This document shows positions 38,111 to 48,408 of a DNA stretch of 64,000 nt, in pieces; the first letter of the stretch is position 1, and the number at the start of each line of letters is the position of its first letter. The position numbers and the translations under genes were made by a program. The DNA lies in IMG/VR virus record IMGVR_UViG_3300031521_000001; one strand, given 5' to 3'. Origin of the DNA: a virus. The notes beneath the pieces were generated by a model. The model saw only the letters and a list, made by a program, of their open reading frames with translations, searched no databases and was not told the DNA's origin.

Positions 38111-39328
38111 ATGGCAAAAATAGACATTGAGTATATAAAGAGTAAGATTTCAGAAGTATTAAAAAATGCTCATTCTGATCCCCGTAAATTTATTATTAAA
38201 GATTATAATGATAGAATAAATTTTGCATGTCCAGTATGTGGAGATTCACATAAAGATCCTAACGCAAAAAGAGCAAATATATATAAGGATAACCCTACAT
38301 TTATGGTTTGCTTCAATGAAGATTGTAGAGCAAGTGTTACTCATTTGTGTCGTGACTTTAATGTAGAAATAGGATTAGAAGAAAAACAAGCATTGTATGA
38401 TTTTGCTGATTCTCACATGAAGTTTGATAGGAAGAAAGATGTTTATATTCCTTCGAATTTGAATAAATTGATTGATATAGATGAATTTTCAAACTATGTA
38501 AATGAACATTCAGAAAATCAGATTTCAAAATTTAAACCAATACAATTTAATTCTGCAGCTTATCAATATTTGAAATATGATAGATTAATTGAAGATTTTG
38601 AAAATATTTATGAGTGTGATTATAAGTTAACAGATAGATGGACTGAGAAGTGTATTGTTATGCTGAATAAGTCAGGTAAGAAAATGTTAGGAATGCAAAT
38701 TAGAAACATGAAACCTGGAGATAAAAGATTTTTTAAGATTTTTAATTTTGAAAAAGTATATTCAATTTTACATCCTGATGAAGTATTAGATGAATTAGAA
38801 ATGTTATCTTATAATAAGCTTTCTAATTTTTTCAATATATTAAATGTTGATTGGAATGAACCAGTGACAATATTTGAGGGTATGTTAGATTCATTGTTTA
38901 TGAATTATGGTAATTCACATAGTAATTCAATTGGAGCAATAGGGTTGAATAGTATTGATACAGACTTATCATTTTTATTTGATTCTGACTTGGATATTCA
39001 ATTCTTTTTAGACCAAGATAATGTTGGTATCAGAAAATCTCAAACTCTCTTAGAACAAGGATATAAGGTTTTTTTGTGGCAAAAATTAGTAGAAGATTTA
39101 TTAAAAAACAAAAAAGATAAATATGTAGCTAAGAAATATTTAATTAAAATTAAAGATTTAAATAAATTGGTACAGGAAATAAAAGATATGGAAAAATTTA
39201 AAAAAATAAATTTACAAAAATATTTTTCAAATGATGTTTTTGATAAATTATATTTAGATGAAACTTTATATCCTAAACCAGATAAGTTTGGTAAAAAACC
39301 ATATGATAAAAACAAATATAAAAAATGA
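38111..39328 (+). CDS. DNA primase (T4 gp61-like)
   Basis: Zn finger CPVCGDS...CFNEDC; TOPRIM FEGMLDS, LDQD. Confidence 0.85.
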   Translation: MAKIDIEYIKSKISEVLKNAHSDPRKFIIKDYNDRINFACPVCGDSHKDPNAKRANIYKDNPTFMVCFNEDCRASVTHLCRDFNVEIGLEEKQALYDFADSHMKFDRKKDVYIPSNLNKLIDIDEFSNYVNEHSENQISKFKPIQFNSAAYQYLKYDRLIEDFENIYECDYKLTDRWTEKCIVMLNKSGKKMLGMQIRNMKPGDKRFFKIFNFEKVYSILHPDEVLDELEMLSYNKLSNFFNILNVDWNEPVTIFEGMLDSLFMNYGNSHSNSIGAIGLNSIDTDLSFLFDSDLDIQFFLDQDNVGIRKSQTLLEQGYKVFLWQKLVEDLLKNKKDKYVAKKYLIKIKDLNKLVQEIKDMEKFKKINLQKYFSNDVFDKLYLDETLYPKPDKFGKKPYDKNKYKK

Positions 39329-40020
39329 AAAATGATATTGATGAATGGAATGATTTTTTAAATGAATTTGACAATTCAATTTTGAATATTTATAAGAAAC
39401 ATGAAAATAGTTTTGATGAATATGGAATTCATGGAAGACGTCATATCTCACGTTCTATTGTTTTTTCTGAATTTATGTCAAGATTTTATACAAAGGAATT
39501 AGGTAAAGATATAGATTTTAAAGCAATAAGATATGCTGTATCATTTCATGATAGTGGTAGGCAAGGTAATGGTATAGATGTATGGGAAAACGATAGTCAA
39601 AAAAATTGTTTCAAATATTTAATGAATGATTCTGATTATGATAATCATTCTGATTATGATGAAACTAAATGTAAATACATATCTTCATTAATTAGTAAGA
39701 ATCTAACAAATGATATAAATCATAATATTGTTTATGATTCTGATGTTTTAGATATAATGAGACCTTGCTGTGGACATGGTGAGATTGAAAATTTTAGAAG
39801 AAGTGAACTTCGTTTTTTAGGACCAAAAGATAATTTTGCAAATTGTCATTTATATGATGAAATAAGAGAAGAATTAATTATTGATGCTTGGAAATTGATA
39901 GAATACACAGAAGATAATGAAATGCTATTCAACACAAAAGAAAATAATCAACTTTATTATATGCTTAATATAGTAGATAAAAATAAATTAAATTTTAATA
40001 TATTACATAAATATTTTTAA
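39325..40020 (+). CDS. HD-superfamily phosphohydrolase
   Basis: HGRRHISR, FHDSGR, DSDVLD. Confidence 0.7.
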   Translation: MKNDIDEWNDFLNEFDNSILNIYKKHENSFDEYGIHGRRHISRSIVFSEFMSRFYTKELGKDIDFKAIRYAVSFHDSGRQGNGIDVWENDSQKNCFKYLMNDSDYDNHSDYDETKCKYISSLISKNLTNDINHNIVYDSDVLDIMRPCCGHGEIENFRRSELRFLGPKDNFANCHLYDEIREELIIDAWKLIEYTEDNEMLFNTKENNQLYYMLNIVDKNKLNFNILHKYF

Positions 40021-40052
40021 TATTTATGTAATATATAAATATTGTAAAAATT

Positions 40053-40084
40053 TTTGGTATATACAAATAAAAATATTACATTTG
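40053..40084 (+). promoter_or_regulatory. Bacteroidota-type promoter upstream of infC
   Basis: TTTG-N20-TACATTTG. Confidence 0.7.
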
Positions 40085-40105
40085 CACAAATAAATAATAA
40101 AATAA

Positions 40106-40633
40106 ATGGCTAAACAAGAAATTAAAAACAAAATCAATAGATTTATTACAAATCAAAGTGTTAGATTAGTTGGAGATAATGTTGAAAATTGTGTATTAGA
40201 CACTAGAAAGGCACTTAGACTTGCTGATGAAATGGAATTAGATTTAGTTGAAATATCATCTAATGATAACGTTTCTATATGTAAAATTGTTGATTATGAA
40301 AAATTTCTTTATGACAAAAAGAAAAAAGAAAAAGAACAAAAGAAAGTTCAAAAACAAAATCAAGCAGAGCTGAAAGAGATTAGAATGACTCCTAATATTG
40401 ATGAGCATGATTTTAATTTTAAATTAACTCACGCAAAAAACTTTTTATCTGAAGGTAATAAAGTTTTACTATCAGTGTTTTTTAAAGGAAGAGAGATAGT
40501 GTATCAAGATCAAGGTAAAGTTAAACTATTGAAGTTTGTTGAAGCATTGGATGGTATTGGTATGGCAGAGTCTATGCCAAAATTAGAAGGTAAAAGAATG
40601 CAAATGACTATAAAACCAAAAAAGACAAAATAA
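40106..40633 (+). CDS. infC: Translation initiation factor IF-3
   Basis: VRLV, LDLVEIS, CKIVDYEKF.Y, KEIRM.P.IDEHD, FKGRE, PKLEG. Confidence 0.95.
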   Translation: MAKQEIKNKINRFITNQSVRLVGDNVENCVLDTRKALRLADEMELDLVEISSNDNVSICKIVDYEKFLYDKKKKEKEQKKVQKQNQAELKEIRMTPNIDEHDFNFKLTHAKNFLSEGNKVLLSVFFKGREIVYQDQGKVKLLKFVEALDGIGMAESMPKLEGKRMQMTIKPKKTK

Positions 40634-41353
40634 ATGGAGAAAAATGAAATGCTTAATAGCATTATTAAACTTACAAAAGAAACTGGACAAGGTTTAGCAT
40701 TATCAATTATTAGAGTTGCATCTCCCGAGTATGGGAGATTAGTTGATGAGCTTATTGAAGAAGGTAAAGTAGATATTCACATCAAACATTATTCTATGTT
40801 ACCATCTGATGAATGGGTTGTACCTGCAGGTTGTTATTTTGCCATTAAAGATGATGAAACATATCATCCAGGTGCTTTAATTTTTATGAGAATGTATCTA
40901 GAAATTGAAGATTTAGGAGTTGGACTTAAAATATCTAAGGTATTAAAAGATGTTCATAGCATGGAAAATTATGCTAAATGGCTAAAAGACAATGAACAAA
41001 AACTGATTGATTTAGTTAATATGAAAGAAATTGAATTTATACCAAATCAATTAGATGACAATACAAAAAATTGGATAAAAGATAAAACTTGGTATAAAAA
41101 TAATGATACTGTAGAATCTTGTCTTAATCTGTCAGAAAAAGTTTCAAAAGAAAATGGAGATAATACACAATTAGATTTGTATGATCAACTTATGCCTTTA
41201 TATAATACAGACAAAAGTAGATTTGTCAAAGAAATTGAAGACTCTAAAATAGATATTGAAAAATTAAAAGAAAATATAAAAAATAGAAATAAGGTAAATA
41301 ATTGGCTGAAAAGTCAAACACAAACAGATAAAATACAAACACTTATAAATTAA
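40634..41353 (+). CDS. Hypothetical protein
   Basis: 239 aa ORF in operon. Confidence 0.55.
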   Translation: MEKNEMLNSIIKLTKETGQGLALSIIRVASPEYGRLVDELIEEGKVDIHIKHYSMLPSDEWVVPAGCYFAIKDDETYHPGALIFMRMYLEIEDLGVGLKISKVLKDVHSMENYAKWLKDNEQKLIDLVNMKEIEFIPNQLDDNTKNWIKDKTWYKNNDTVESCLNLSEKVSKENGDNTQLDLYDQLMPLYNTDKSRFVKEIEDSKIDIEKLKENIKNRNKVNNWLKSQTQTDKIQTLIN

Positions 41354-41355
41354 AA

Positions 41356-43155
41356 ATGGAAACAAAATTAAGAAAAGACATTTCAGTTGAGTTTAAATGG
41401 GATTTAACTCATATTTACAAAAATAGAGAAGATTTTGATTGTGAATGCGATAAAATTGAAGGTTTTACTGAAAAAATTCAATTATTTAATGGTAAATTAT
41501 CTGATCCAAAGGAATTAAAAAATTGCTTAGATTTGATGGGCGATGTACGAAAAATGATAACAAAACTTCATTGTTATGCTAATATGTATTTAGATCAAGA
41601 GCAAAATAATGAAGATGCTGATAAATTAGTTCAGAAAGTAAAAGATGCTGCTGTTAAGTTAGGCTCAAAATGTGCATTTATTACAGATGAAATTATCAAT
41701 TTTGATGATGATACAATTTCTATGATGTTATCTTGTGATGATTTGAAAAATTATCATTTTGATATCAAAGATACAATAAAAAATAAGAGTCACATCTTAT
41801 CAAAGATAGAAGAAGAACTACTCACTAAAATCTCAGATGTTTTTTCTACGTCAAATGATGTATATACAATTTTCAAAAATACTGAGTTAAAATACTCAAC
41901 TGTTACATTATCCAATGGAGAAGAAGTTTTGGTTGATGATAGAAATTATAGAGTTTTAATAGAATCAAGTAATAGAGAAGATCGTAAATTAGTTTATGAT
42001 ACATTCTATAAAACATTTGATGAATATAAGAATACTCTAGCTAAACTAATGTTCAAATTTGTAAAAAGTTCAACAACAGGAAGCAAAATCAGAAATTATA
42101 AATCATCTTTAGAACAGTCTCTATCATCAGAAAATATTCCAATATCAATTTATGATGGATTGATTGAAAATGTTTCTAATAACCTTGATAAAATGTTTGA
42201 TTATCTTAATTTAAGAAAAGATATTTTAGGTTATGAAGATTTGAATTATTATGATTTATATAATCCTATAGTTGATAATGTTGATTATGAATATTCATAT
42301 GATAATGCTAAGAAATTACTTATTGAATCAACTGCTATTCTTGGAGAAGAATACACAGATATTATGAAAAGAGCAATTAGTGAAAGTTGGATAGATATAT
42401 ATCCAAATCAATTCAAAGACACTGGTGCTTATATGAATGGCTCTGTGTATGATGTTCATCCTTATATTTTATTGAATTATAAAGGTAAATATGATGATGT
42501 TTCAACTATGCTTCATGAAGCAGGACACGCAGGACATTCTGTGCTGAGTAATGCGAACCAACCTTATAATAAAGCAAGTTACTCAACATTTATTGCTGAA
42601 ATTGCATCAACAACAAATGAACTTTTGTTACTCAATCATATGTTGACAACAACAGATGATAAACAATTGAAAATTTTCTTGTTGAATAACTATATTGAAC
42701 ATTTTAGGACTACCGTATTTAGACAAACTATGTTTGCGGAGTTTGAGAAATTTATGTATGAATCAGTAGAAAATGATGAGGTTCTAACAGCATCAATGAT
42801 GAATGATAAGTATTATGAGTTACTTAAAAAGTATCATGGAGAAGATAAAAATATCATTAAGATTGATAAAATGTATGCAAATGAATGGTCACGTATTCCT
42901 CATTTCTATTATGATTTTTATGTGTTCCAATATTCAACTAGTTTTATTTCTGCAGTCATTCTTTCAACAAGAATATTAAATGGAGATAAAGAACAACTTG
43001 ATAAGTATATGGAATTATTGAAATCTGGTGGTAGTGATTATCCTGTAGATTTGTTGAAAAAGGCTGGTATTGATTTAACTGACGGAGAATGTTATAAAGA
43101 TGCATTCAAACAATTCTCAGAATATTTAGAAGAACTGAAGTCTTTATTGAAATGA
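41356..43155 (+). CDS. pepF: Oligoendopeptidase F (M3B)
   Basis: WDLT, HPYILLNY, HEAGH, AEIAST.NE, W.RIPHFY. Confidence 0.93.
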   Translation: METKLRKDISVEFKWDLTHIYKNREDFDCECDKIEGFTEKIQLFNGKLSDPKELKNCLDLMGDVRKMITKLHCYANMYLDQEQNNEDADKLVQKVKDAAVKLGSKCAFITDEIINFDDDTISMMLSCDDLKNYHFDIKDTIKNKSHILSKIEEELLTKISDVFSTSNDVYTIFKNTELKYSTVTLSNGEEVLVDDRNYRVLIESSNREDRKLVYDTFYKTFDEYKNTLAKLMFKFVKSSTTGSKIRNYKSSLEQSLSSENIPISIYDGLIENVSNNLDKMFDYLNLRKDILGYEDLNYYDLYNPIVDNVDYEYSYDNAKKLLIESTAILGEEYTDIMKRAISESWIDIYPNQFKDTGAYMNGSVYDVHPYILLNYKGKYDDVSTMLHEAGHAGHSVLSNANQPYNKASYSTFIAEIASTTNELLLLNHMLTTTDDKQLKIFLLNNYIEHFRTTVFRQTMFAEFEKFMYESVENDEVLTASMMNDKYYELLKKYHGEDKNIIKIDKMYANEWSRIPHFYYDFYVFQYSTSFISAVILSTRILNGDKEQLDKYMELLKSGGSDYPVDLLKKAGIDLTDGECYKDAFKQFSEYLEELKSLLK

Positions 43156-43427
43156 TAAAAGTTGGTGATAAATTATATTGTCATGATAATAGTTATAGTT
43201 TGATAAAACTAACTGAAGGAAAGTTGTACACAGTATCAGATATTCGTGAATATGGTCATATTATAAGTACCAATAGTCGGTTAACTATAAAAGATGACGA
43301 AGATGAAAATATTTTTTTCTCAATAGATCAAGATGAAAATGAATTATCATATAAAAACTGGTTCATAGAAAATAATGAATATAGAAAAAATAAATTATTA
43401 AAAATAGAATATAATGTTCAATATTAA
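43152..43427 (+). CDS. Small protein with RKNKL tag
   Basis: GDKLYC paralog pair. Confidence 0.55.
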   Translation: MIKVGDKLYCHDNSYSLIKLTEGKLYTVSDIREYGHIISTNSRLTIKDDEDENIFFSIDQDENELSYKNWFIENNEYRKNKLLKIEYNVQY

Positions 43428-43430
43428 TAG

Positions 43431-43694
43431 ATGATGAGGTCAGGAGATAAATTGTATTGTGAACGCAATGATATCGGTATAGTAAATTTATCTATTCACA
43501 AAATATATGAAATTATTGAAGTTAAAACAGATAATTCTTATGGTAAAATTTTAATTCATGATGATGTTGATAGAATTATTAGTTTTACTATATATGTAGA
43601 TAGAAATAATCTATCATATCGTAATTGGTTTCGGTTAATTAATATAAAGGAAGAGAGAAAAATAAAACTATTTGATATAGAACATAACATTTAA
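43431..43694 (+). CDS. Small protein with RKIKL tag
   Basis: GDKLYC paralog pair. Confidence 0.55.
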   Translation: MMRSGDKLYCERNDIGIVNLSIHKIYEIIEVKTDNSYGKILIHDDVDRIISFTIYVDRNNLSYRNWFRLINIKEERKIKLFDIEHNI

Positions 43695-43696
43695 CA

Positions 43697-43735
43697 TAAA
43701 AAAATCTGAATTACTTTTGTAGTTCAGATTTTTTT
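43697..43735. terminator. Intrinsic terminator
   Basis: aaaaaatctgaatta...tagttcagatttttt. Confidence 0.7.
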
Positions 43736-43784
43736 ATGTACCTTTGTATTCAATTAATTATAAAACAATCTAAAAATTAAAAAA

Positions 43785-43925
43785 ATGAATGAACAATTAA
43801 TTTCTTTTTACAATGTCTACATTTCTACTGGATCGAACATTGCTGAATATGCAGAGAAAAATGGTATTACACCTACTCAGTGCTTTCAATTGATCACAAT
43901 GGGAGAATTTTACAGCAAAAACTAA
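43785..43925 (+). CDS. 46-aa protein in its own transcription unit
   Basis: Promoter TTTG-N19-TACCTTTG (43716-43746) and terminator 43944-43978. Confidence 0.6.
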   Translation: MNEQLISFYNVYISTGSNIAEYAEKNGITPTQCFQLITMGEFYSKN

Positions 43926-43979
43926 TTTGAATATTAGTTTATATAAAAAAACCAACATTAATAATGTTGGTTTTTTTTG

Positions 43980-44210
43980 TTATGTATTCAATGATTTATT
44001 TATTTCTCTGTGTGTTCTTCCTCTATGAGCTAATGGGAAATTTTCATAAAACTCTTTAATTTCCTTTGAGTGTAATTTATTGTAGATAGATTCAAATTTA
44101 TCTAAGAACGTTATGTCTTCATTAGATATATTAAATTCATCAGATATATTCTTGTATCTACTGAAATTTTCAGAAATCCACTTAATTCTATCTTTATTTG
44201 TCAATATCAT
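43980..44210 (-). CDS. Hypothetical protein
   Basis: 76 aa ORF. Confidence 0.5.
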   Translation of the reverse strand: MILTNKDRIKWISENFSRYKNISDEFNISNEDITFLDKFESIYNKLHSKEIKEFYENFPLAHRGRTHREINKSLNT

Positions 44211-44212
44211 AA

Positions 44213-45067
44213 TTACATAACTTTCTTAACACTTCTATCTCCAGTATCAAATACAGAATATGTTACATTTTTAGTTGATAATCTTAATTCTAAGAATTGA
44301 TCCATTGCAGCCTTGACAAACTTAGGATCATCATCAGAGAAACCATATTCAACATTTATACCTAAATTGTTTGCATACTTATTAACTAATACATTAAATT
44401 CTTGTAGTGCAACTTTTTTAGAATCTTCCACTGACATTATACCATATTTTTCAATAAAATAATCAGAAGAAACAGTGTAAATTGGACATAACTCAATATA
44501 GTAATCAATTACTTGATGTGATTCAGTACCAAATATCTTGTGGTATTTCAAAAGATTATTAATCATTTGAGTTTTAAAATCAACATCTTTATCTACATTT
44601 TCAATTTGTAAATCTTTGAAATTTTCTAACCCGTATTCATATATAAGCCAATATAAAGCTTTCTTTATGTTTTTTGGTGAGTGTCCTCTCGATGTTACAA
44701 TAGAGAATATATTACCATTTATGATGCATTCAAGAAATGTTGTCCAAGAAGGTGCAAATTTCTTATTCATTACAGCATCTTTGAAATCAACAATGAATGT
44801 CTCATCTTTTAGTTTGCCCCAATCTCTAAAATTTGAAAATGATAGTTGTCCTGGTTTGTATCTCCATCCTTCTGCACTTCTAACTTGAGAAAACATTATG
44901 GTATCTACTTCTTCATCAATCCATTCATCTTTCACTAAATGTTCCATGATAATTTTTGTGTTTGTATACAGTAAATTATCATCAATATCAAATGAATAAT
45001 ATTTGAATATATTTTCGTTAATTTTACTTTTCTTTTGAGGTTTTGAATTTTCAACTTTTGTATTCAT
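44213..45067 (-). CDS. HAD-superfamily hydrolase-like protein
   Basis: FDIDDNL, IVTSRGH, GFSDDD. Confidence 0.7.
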   Translation of the reverse strand: MNTKVENSKPQKKSKINENIFKYYSFDIDDNLLYTNTKIIMEHLVKDEWIDEEVDTIMFSQVRSAEGWRYKPGQLSFSNFRDWGKLKDETFIVDFKDAVMNKKFAPSWTTFLECIINGNIFSIVTSRGHSPKNIKKALYWLIYEYGLENFKDLQIENVDKDVDFKTQMINNLLKYHKIFGTESHQVIDYYIELCPIYTVSSDYFIEKYGIMSVEDSKKVALQEFNVLVNKYANNLGINVEYGFSDDDPKFVKAAMDQFLELRLSTKNVTYSVFDTGDRSVKKVM

Positions 45068-45136
45068 TATATATCTTTTAAGTGAGTTATTATAATTATG
45101 AATACAAATATACAAATAATATTTTGAATAAAAAAA

Positions 45137-45412
45137 TTATAAGTTATATTTTTTTGATGATAGATGTATTTTTATTTCAGGTATTGCATTTAAGTCTACA
45201 ATTTCTTCTGTTACTTTTTTTATCCACATATTATTGTCATATCCTTTCATACATAAATAACAGTTAACAATTTCATCTAAATCAAATGGATTTGCATCAG
45301 GTTCAATTTCTTCTGAATCTCCATTTTTATCAATTTTCATTAGTTTATATTCAGGATCATATATAACTGGGTCAATTATATTTTCAAATTTTTCAAATTT
45401 TCTAATTTCCAT
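45137..45412 (-). CDS. Small protein, FE.../KKYNL tag family
   Basis: MEIRKFEKFE...SSKKYNL. Confidence 0.6.
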   Translation of the reverse strand: MEIRKFEKFENIIDPVIYDPEYKLMKIDKNGDSEEIEPDANPFDLDEIVNCYLCMKGYDNNMWIKKVTEEIVDLNAIPEIKIHLSSKKYNL

Positions 45413-45414
45413 AT

Positions 45415-45669
45415 TTAATTATTATGTTTATTATAATATTTCGAAACAGTAGGATTGAAGAAATTACGTACAATTAAGTTAGATTCTATTGTATAAACTA
45501 ATAATTTTTTAAGTTTATCAAGAAATGTGCTTGTTGTTTCATTTTGAAACATTAAGTTAGATAATGATTTTGTCATTAATTCATCTTCATAATCAAAACC
45601 TTTTTCAATATTATCATTTATATGTTTTAAATCATATAATTCTTTAATTTGCATATCTTTTTCTATCAT
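45415..45669 (-). CDS. Hypothetical protein
   Basis: 84 aa ORF. Confidence 0.55.
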   Translation of the reverse strand: MIEKDMQIKELYDLKHINDNIEKGFDYEDELMTKSLSNLMFQNETTSTFLDKLKKLLVYTIESNLIVRNFFNPTVSKYYNKHNN

Positions 45670-45671
45670 AG

Positions 45672-46211
45672 TTAAATATTGAATTTTTTTGTTGCGTCAT
45701 AAGATTCTATGTCATTTATGAAATATATTAATAATTGATATTCATCTTTATTGAATGTGTAATCCCTGCTACGATTGAATACATCATTGTCTGTTATTCC
45801 TATTTCTAATGCATCATTTCCAGTTTCAGTATAAGTATAAAAATCAACATATTCAGAATCTTTACATAAATTATTAAATTTTAGATATTCAGTGATCCAT
45901 ACAAATGTATCATTTCTATCAGATATTATTTTTATATAATTATTTATTCCATTTTCCTTTAAATGTTTCTTATATTCTATCATTCTATTTTTTGATATTT
46001 CAAATTCTTCTTCATTTTCTATGCTATCAGTATATGCTATCATATTACCATCCCAAAAATCAGTTATTTTAACTATATCTTCTATTTCCTCATATATTTT
46101 CAAATATTCAATTGTATATTCTAGTAATTCATCATATCTATCTACAATTTTAGATAATTTATCTTCCTGAATTGTACTTTCATTTAACTGAATAAATCTT
46201 TTAATTATCAT
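45672..46211 (-). CDS. Protein of FE.../KKFNI tag family
   Basis: MIIKRFIQLNE...TKKFNI. Confidence 0.6.
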   Translation of the reverse strand: MIIKRFIQLNESTIQEDKLSKIVDRYDELLEYTIEYLKIYEEIEDIVKITDFWDGNMIAYTDSIENEEEFEISKNRMIEYKKHLKENGINNYIKIISDRNDTFVWITEYLKFNNLCKDSEYVDFYTYTETGNDALEIGITDNDVFNRSRDYTFNKDEYQLLIYFINDIESYDATKKFNI

Positions 46212-46744
46212 TCTGTTAATTTATTCTTTTTATCTGTCCAAATATAATAACCATTGAATTCATTGTCATATACCATATTACCTAGTGTAGATATCACATT
46301 TAATGTTGTATCAAATGTTATAGTTTGTTGAAAAGAATATTTGACTTTTTCTTTATCAATAAAAGACAATGGTTTCATCATTATACCAAAAACATTTAAT
46401 GAATCAGGTATATCTGAATAAAATTCTGATAACGCAAAAGTTACTAAATTTTCTCTGATGTTTTCAATATCTTCTTTATCAAAAATACTACATTTGAATA
46501 CTACTTTTTCAGTACCTAAAATGTCACCTGACATATCATTGATCTTATATTGATGTTTCTTTTTGTCCATTAAATCAATATATTGATCATATGTTTTAAA
46601 ATAATCAACAAGAGTTTTTGTGTATTTAGGTGTTGCTAATTTTATGTTATAAAAAAATTCATCTAATTTTACATTAGGTATTTGAAACTCATATAATGGA
46701 GACCATTCTGTAAATTTTTTTATACTATTTATTTCATTTATCAT
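46208..46744 (-). CDS. Hypothetical protein
   Basis: Likely start MINEINS. Confidence 0.55.
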   Translation of the reverse strand: MINEINSIKKFTEWSPLYEFQIPNVKLDEFFYNIKLATPKYTKTLVDYFKTYDQYIDLMDKKKHQYKINDMSGDILGTEKVVFKCSIFDKEDIENIRENLVTFALSEFYSDIPDSLNVFGIMMKPLSFIDKEKVKYSFQQTITFDTTLNVISTLGNMVYDNEFNGYYIWTDKKNKLTE

Positions 46745-46766
46745 TTTTGTGTAATTATTTTTTATA

Positions 46767-47000
46767 TCAAAGACCTTCACCTGCATAACTATCAGCTTCA
46801 TCCGCCTGTGCTTCTTCACGAAGTATCATTATATATTCTTTCTCTTTTGTTGACAATTTGTTAAACCAATTTATTATATTTAGTTTTTCTTCTTTAGATA
46901 AATCAGAATTCCAGTTGAATAATCCACTGCCATTGATTGAATATTCTTCTTCCTGAGTAATATTTTCATTTGTTGTACTATATTCTCTAACATTTTTCAT
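46767..47000 (-). CDS. Hypothetical protein
   Basis: 77 aa ORF. Confidence 0.5.
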   Translation of the reverse strand: MKNVREYSTTNENITQEEEYSINGSGLFNWNSDLSKEEKLNIINWFNKLSTKEKEYIMILREEAQADEADSYAGEGL

Positions 47001-47001
47001 T

Positions 47002-47688
47002 TTATTTATTTATTATTTTTAGGAAATCTTTGTATTGTTCATCTGATAATTTAAGTTCTCCACTAGTGTCACCTCCATTTGATGTATAAGAAATATTTAA
47101 CATTTTTTCATTTTTTAATAATCTAATACTAAAATCTATGTTATTTAAACTAAATCTTATAAAAAATCTATCATTCAAGTCTATTATTGGAATTTTATCT
47201 AATTTCTTTAATTCATCTAGTATATTTAAAACTAATAATTTATTGAATTCTGAAGTTTTGCTTCTTATTTTTTTGATATTATTAGAAATGAATACTGATT
47301 TTAAAAATTTATATAAAAAGAATCCAATTGCAAAAGATGTTATTAATCCTAATGATTCATTTTTGTAATCATAAGAATTAAACTCTTTTATGTGTGTTAG
47401 TTTTTTATTTTTATATACATCATCTTTATCTTTTGCTATTAAGTCATCTAATATATCATTTAATACGCTTCTCACTAAATTCTTATACTCAGTATCATCT
47501 GTTATTATATTAGCACCTTTGTTTTTTATATCTTCTAAAACTTCATTAAACCTTTTTGAGTTTCTGTAATATTTTTTTAATGATTGAGGAGTTGCACCTT
47601 TATTTATATAAAAATTTATAATAGGATATAATTCAGAGAATATATCTGATTTCGCTTGCTTAGTTAAGTTAGAATTTTCCATATTCAT
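47002..47688 (-). CDS. Hypothetical protein with internal hydrophobic helix
   Basis: Internal HIKEF...NE motif before a TM-like segment. Confidence 0.55.
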   Translation of the reverse strand: MNMENSNLTKQAKSDIFSELYPIINFYINKGATPQSLKKYYRNSKRFNEVLEDIKNKGANIITDDTEYKNLVRSVLNDILDDLIAKDKDDVYKNKKLTHIKEFNSYDYKNESLGLITSFAIGFFLYKFLKSVFISNNIKKIRSKTSEFNKLLVLNILDELKKLDKIPIIDLNDRFFIRFSLNNIDFSIRLLKNEKMLNISYTSNGGDTSGELKLSDEQYKDFLKIINK

Positions 47689-47734
47689 ATATATTAATAT
47701 TTATTTTCTAAAAATATTTTTTATATATAATTAC

Positions 47735-48100
47735 ATGATAACTAACTTTAAACTATTTGAAGATTATGATAAAAAATTAGTTTGGAATATACCAGTAAAA
47801 ATGCCAGATTTTTATTTGTCATTGAAAAAAATTGGAATGTCAGATAGAGTAATTAAAGATTGGTTAAGGCTTCGTCAGAATAAAGTGTTTTCAACTAAAG
47901 ATACTAATACTAATTTTGAAACTATTTCATTAGTAAAAGATTCAGAACAAGAAGACTCATATACATGGTATTGGTATCCAACATCAGAAAGTGATGAATA
48001 TACTATATATATGGGTAAATTAGAATGTACTCCAGAAGAAATTCATAAATACTATGATGACATTGAATTTAAAAAAAATATTACCAAATTTAATATATGA
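47735..48100 (+). CDS. MITNFKLFE.../KFNI tag family protein
   Basis: Shared terminal motifs. Confidence 0.6.
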   Translation: MITNFKLFEDYDKKLVWNIPVKMPDFYLSLKKIGMSDRVIKDWLRLRQNKVFSTKDTNTNFETISLVKDSEQEDSYTWYWYPTSESDEYTIYMGKLECTPEEIHKYYDDIEFKKNITKFNI

Positions 48101-48408
48101 TAACTAACTTTAAACTATTTGAAACAATTAATGTAGGTAAACCAGAAATTGGAGATTTTGTGATATGTAATGAAGATGATTCTACGTCTGAGGTTACGTA
48201 TTTTACCTCAAATAATATAGGTAAATATATTAAGTATAATTATGACATTGAATATCATTATGCTATATATTATGAAGATACACCAAAAGATTTAGGTGTA
48301 TATTTTTCAAACGGTGAAAGAAATATGACATTAGATGAAATAAAATATTGGTCAAAAAATAAAGAAGAATTGGAATATATAATTAAAACAAATAAATTCA
48401 ATTTATGA
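48097..48408 (+). CDS. MITNFKLFE.../KFNL tag family protein
   Basis: First 9 codons identical to previous gene. Confidence 0.6.
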   Translation: MITNFKLFETINVGKPEIGDFVICNEDDSTSEVTYFTSNNIGKYIKYNYDIEYHYAIYYEDTPKDLGVYFSNGERNMTLDEIKYWSKNKEELEYIIKTNKFNL

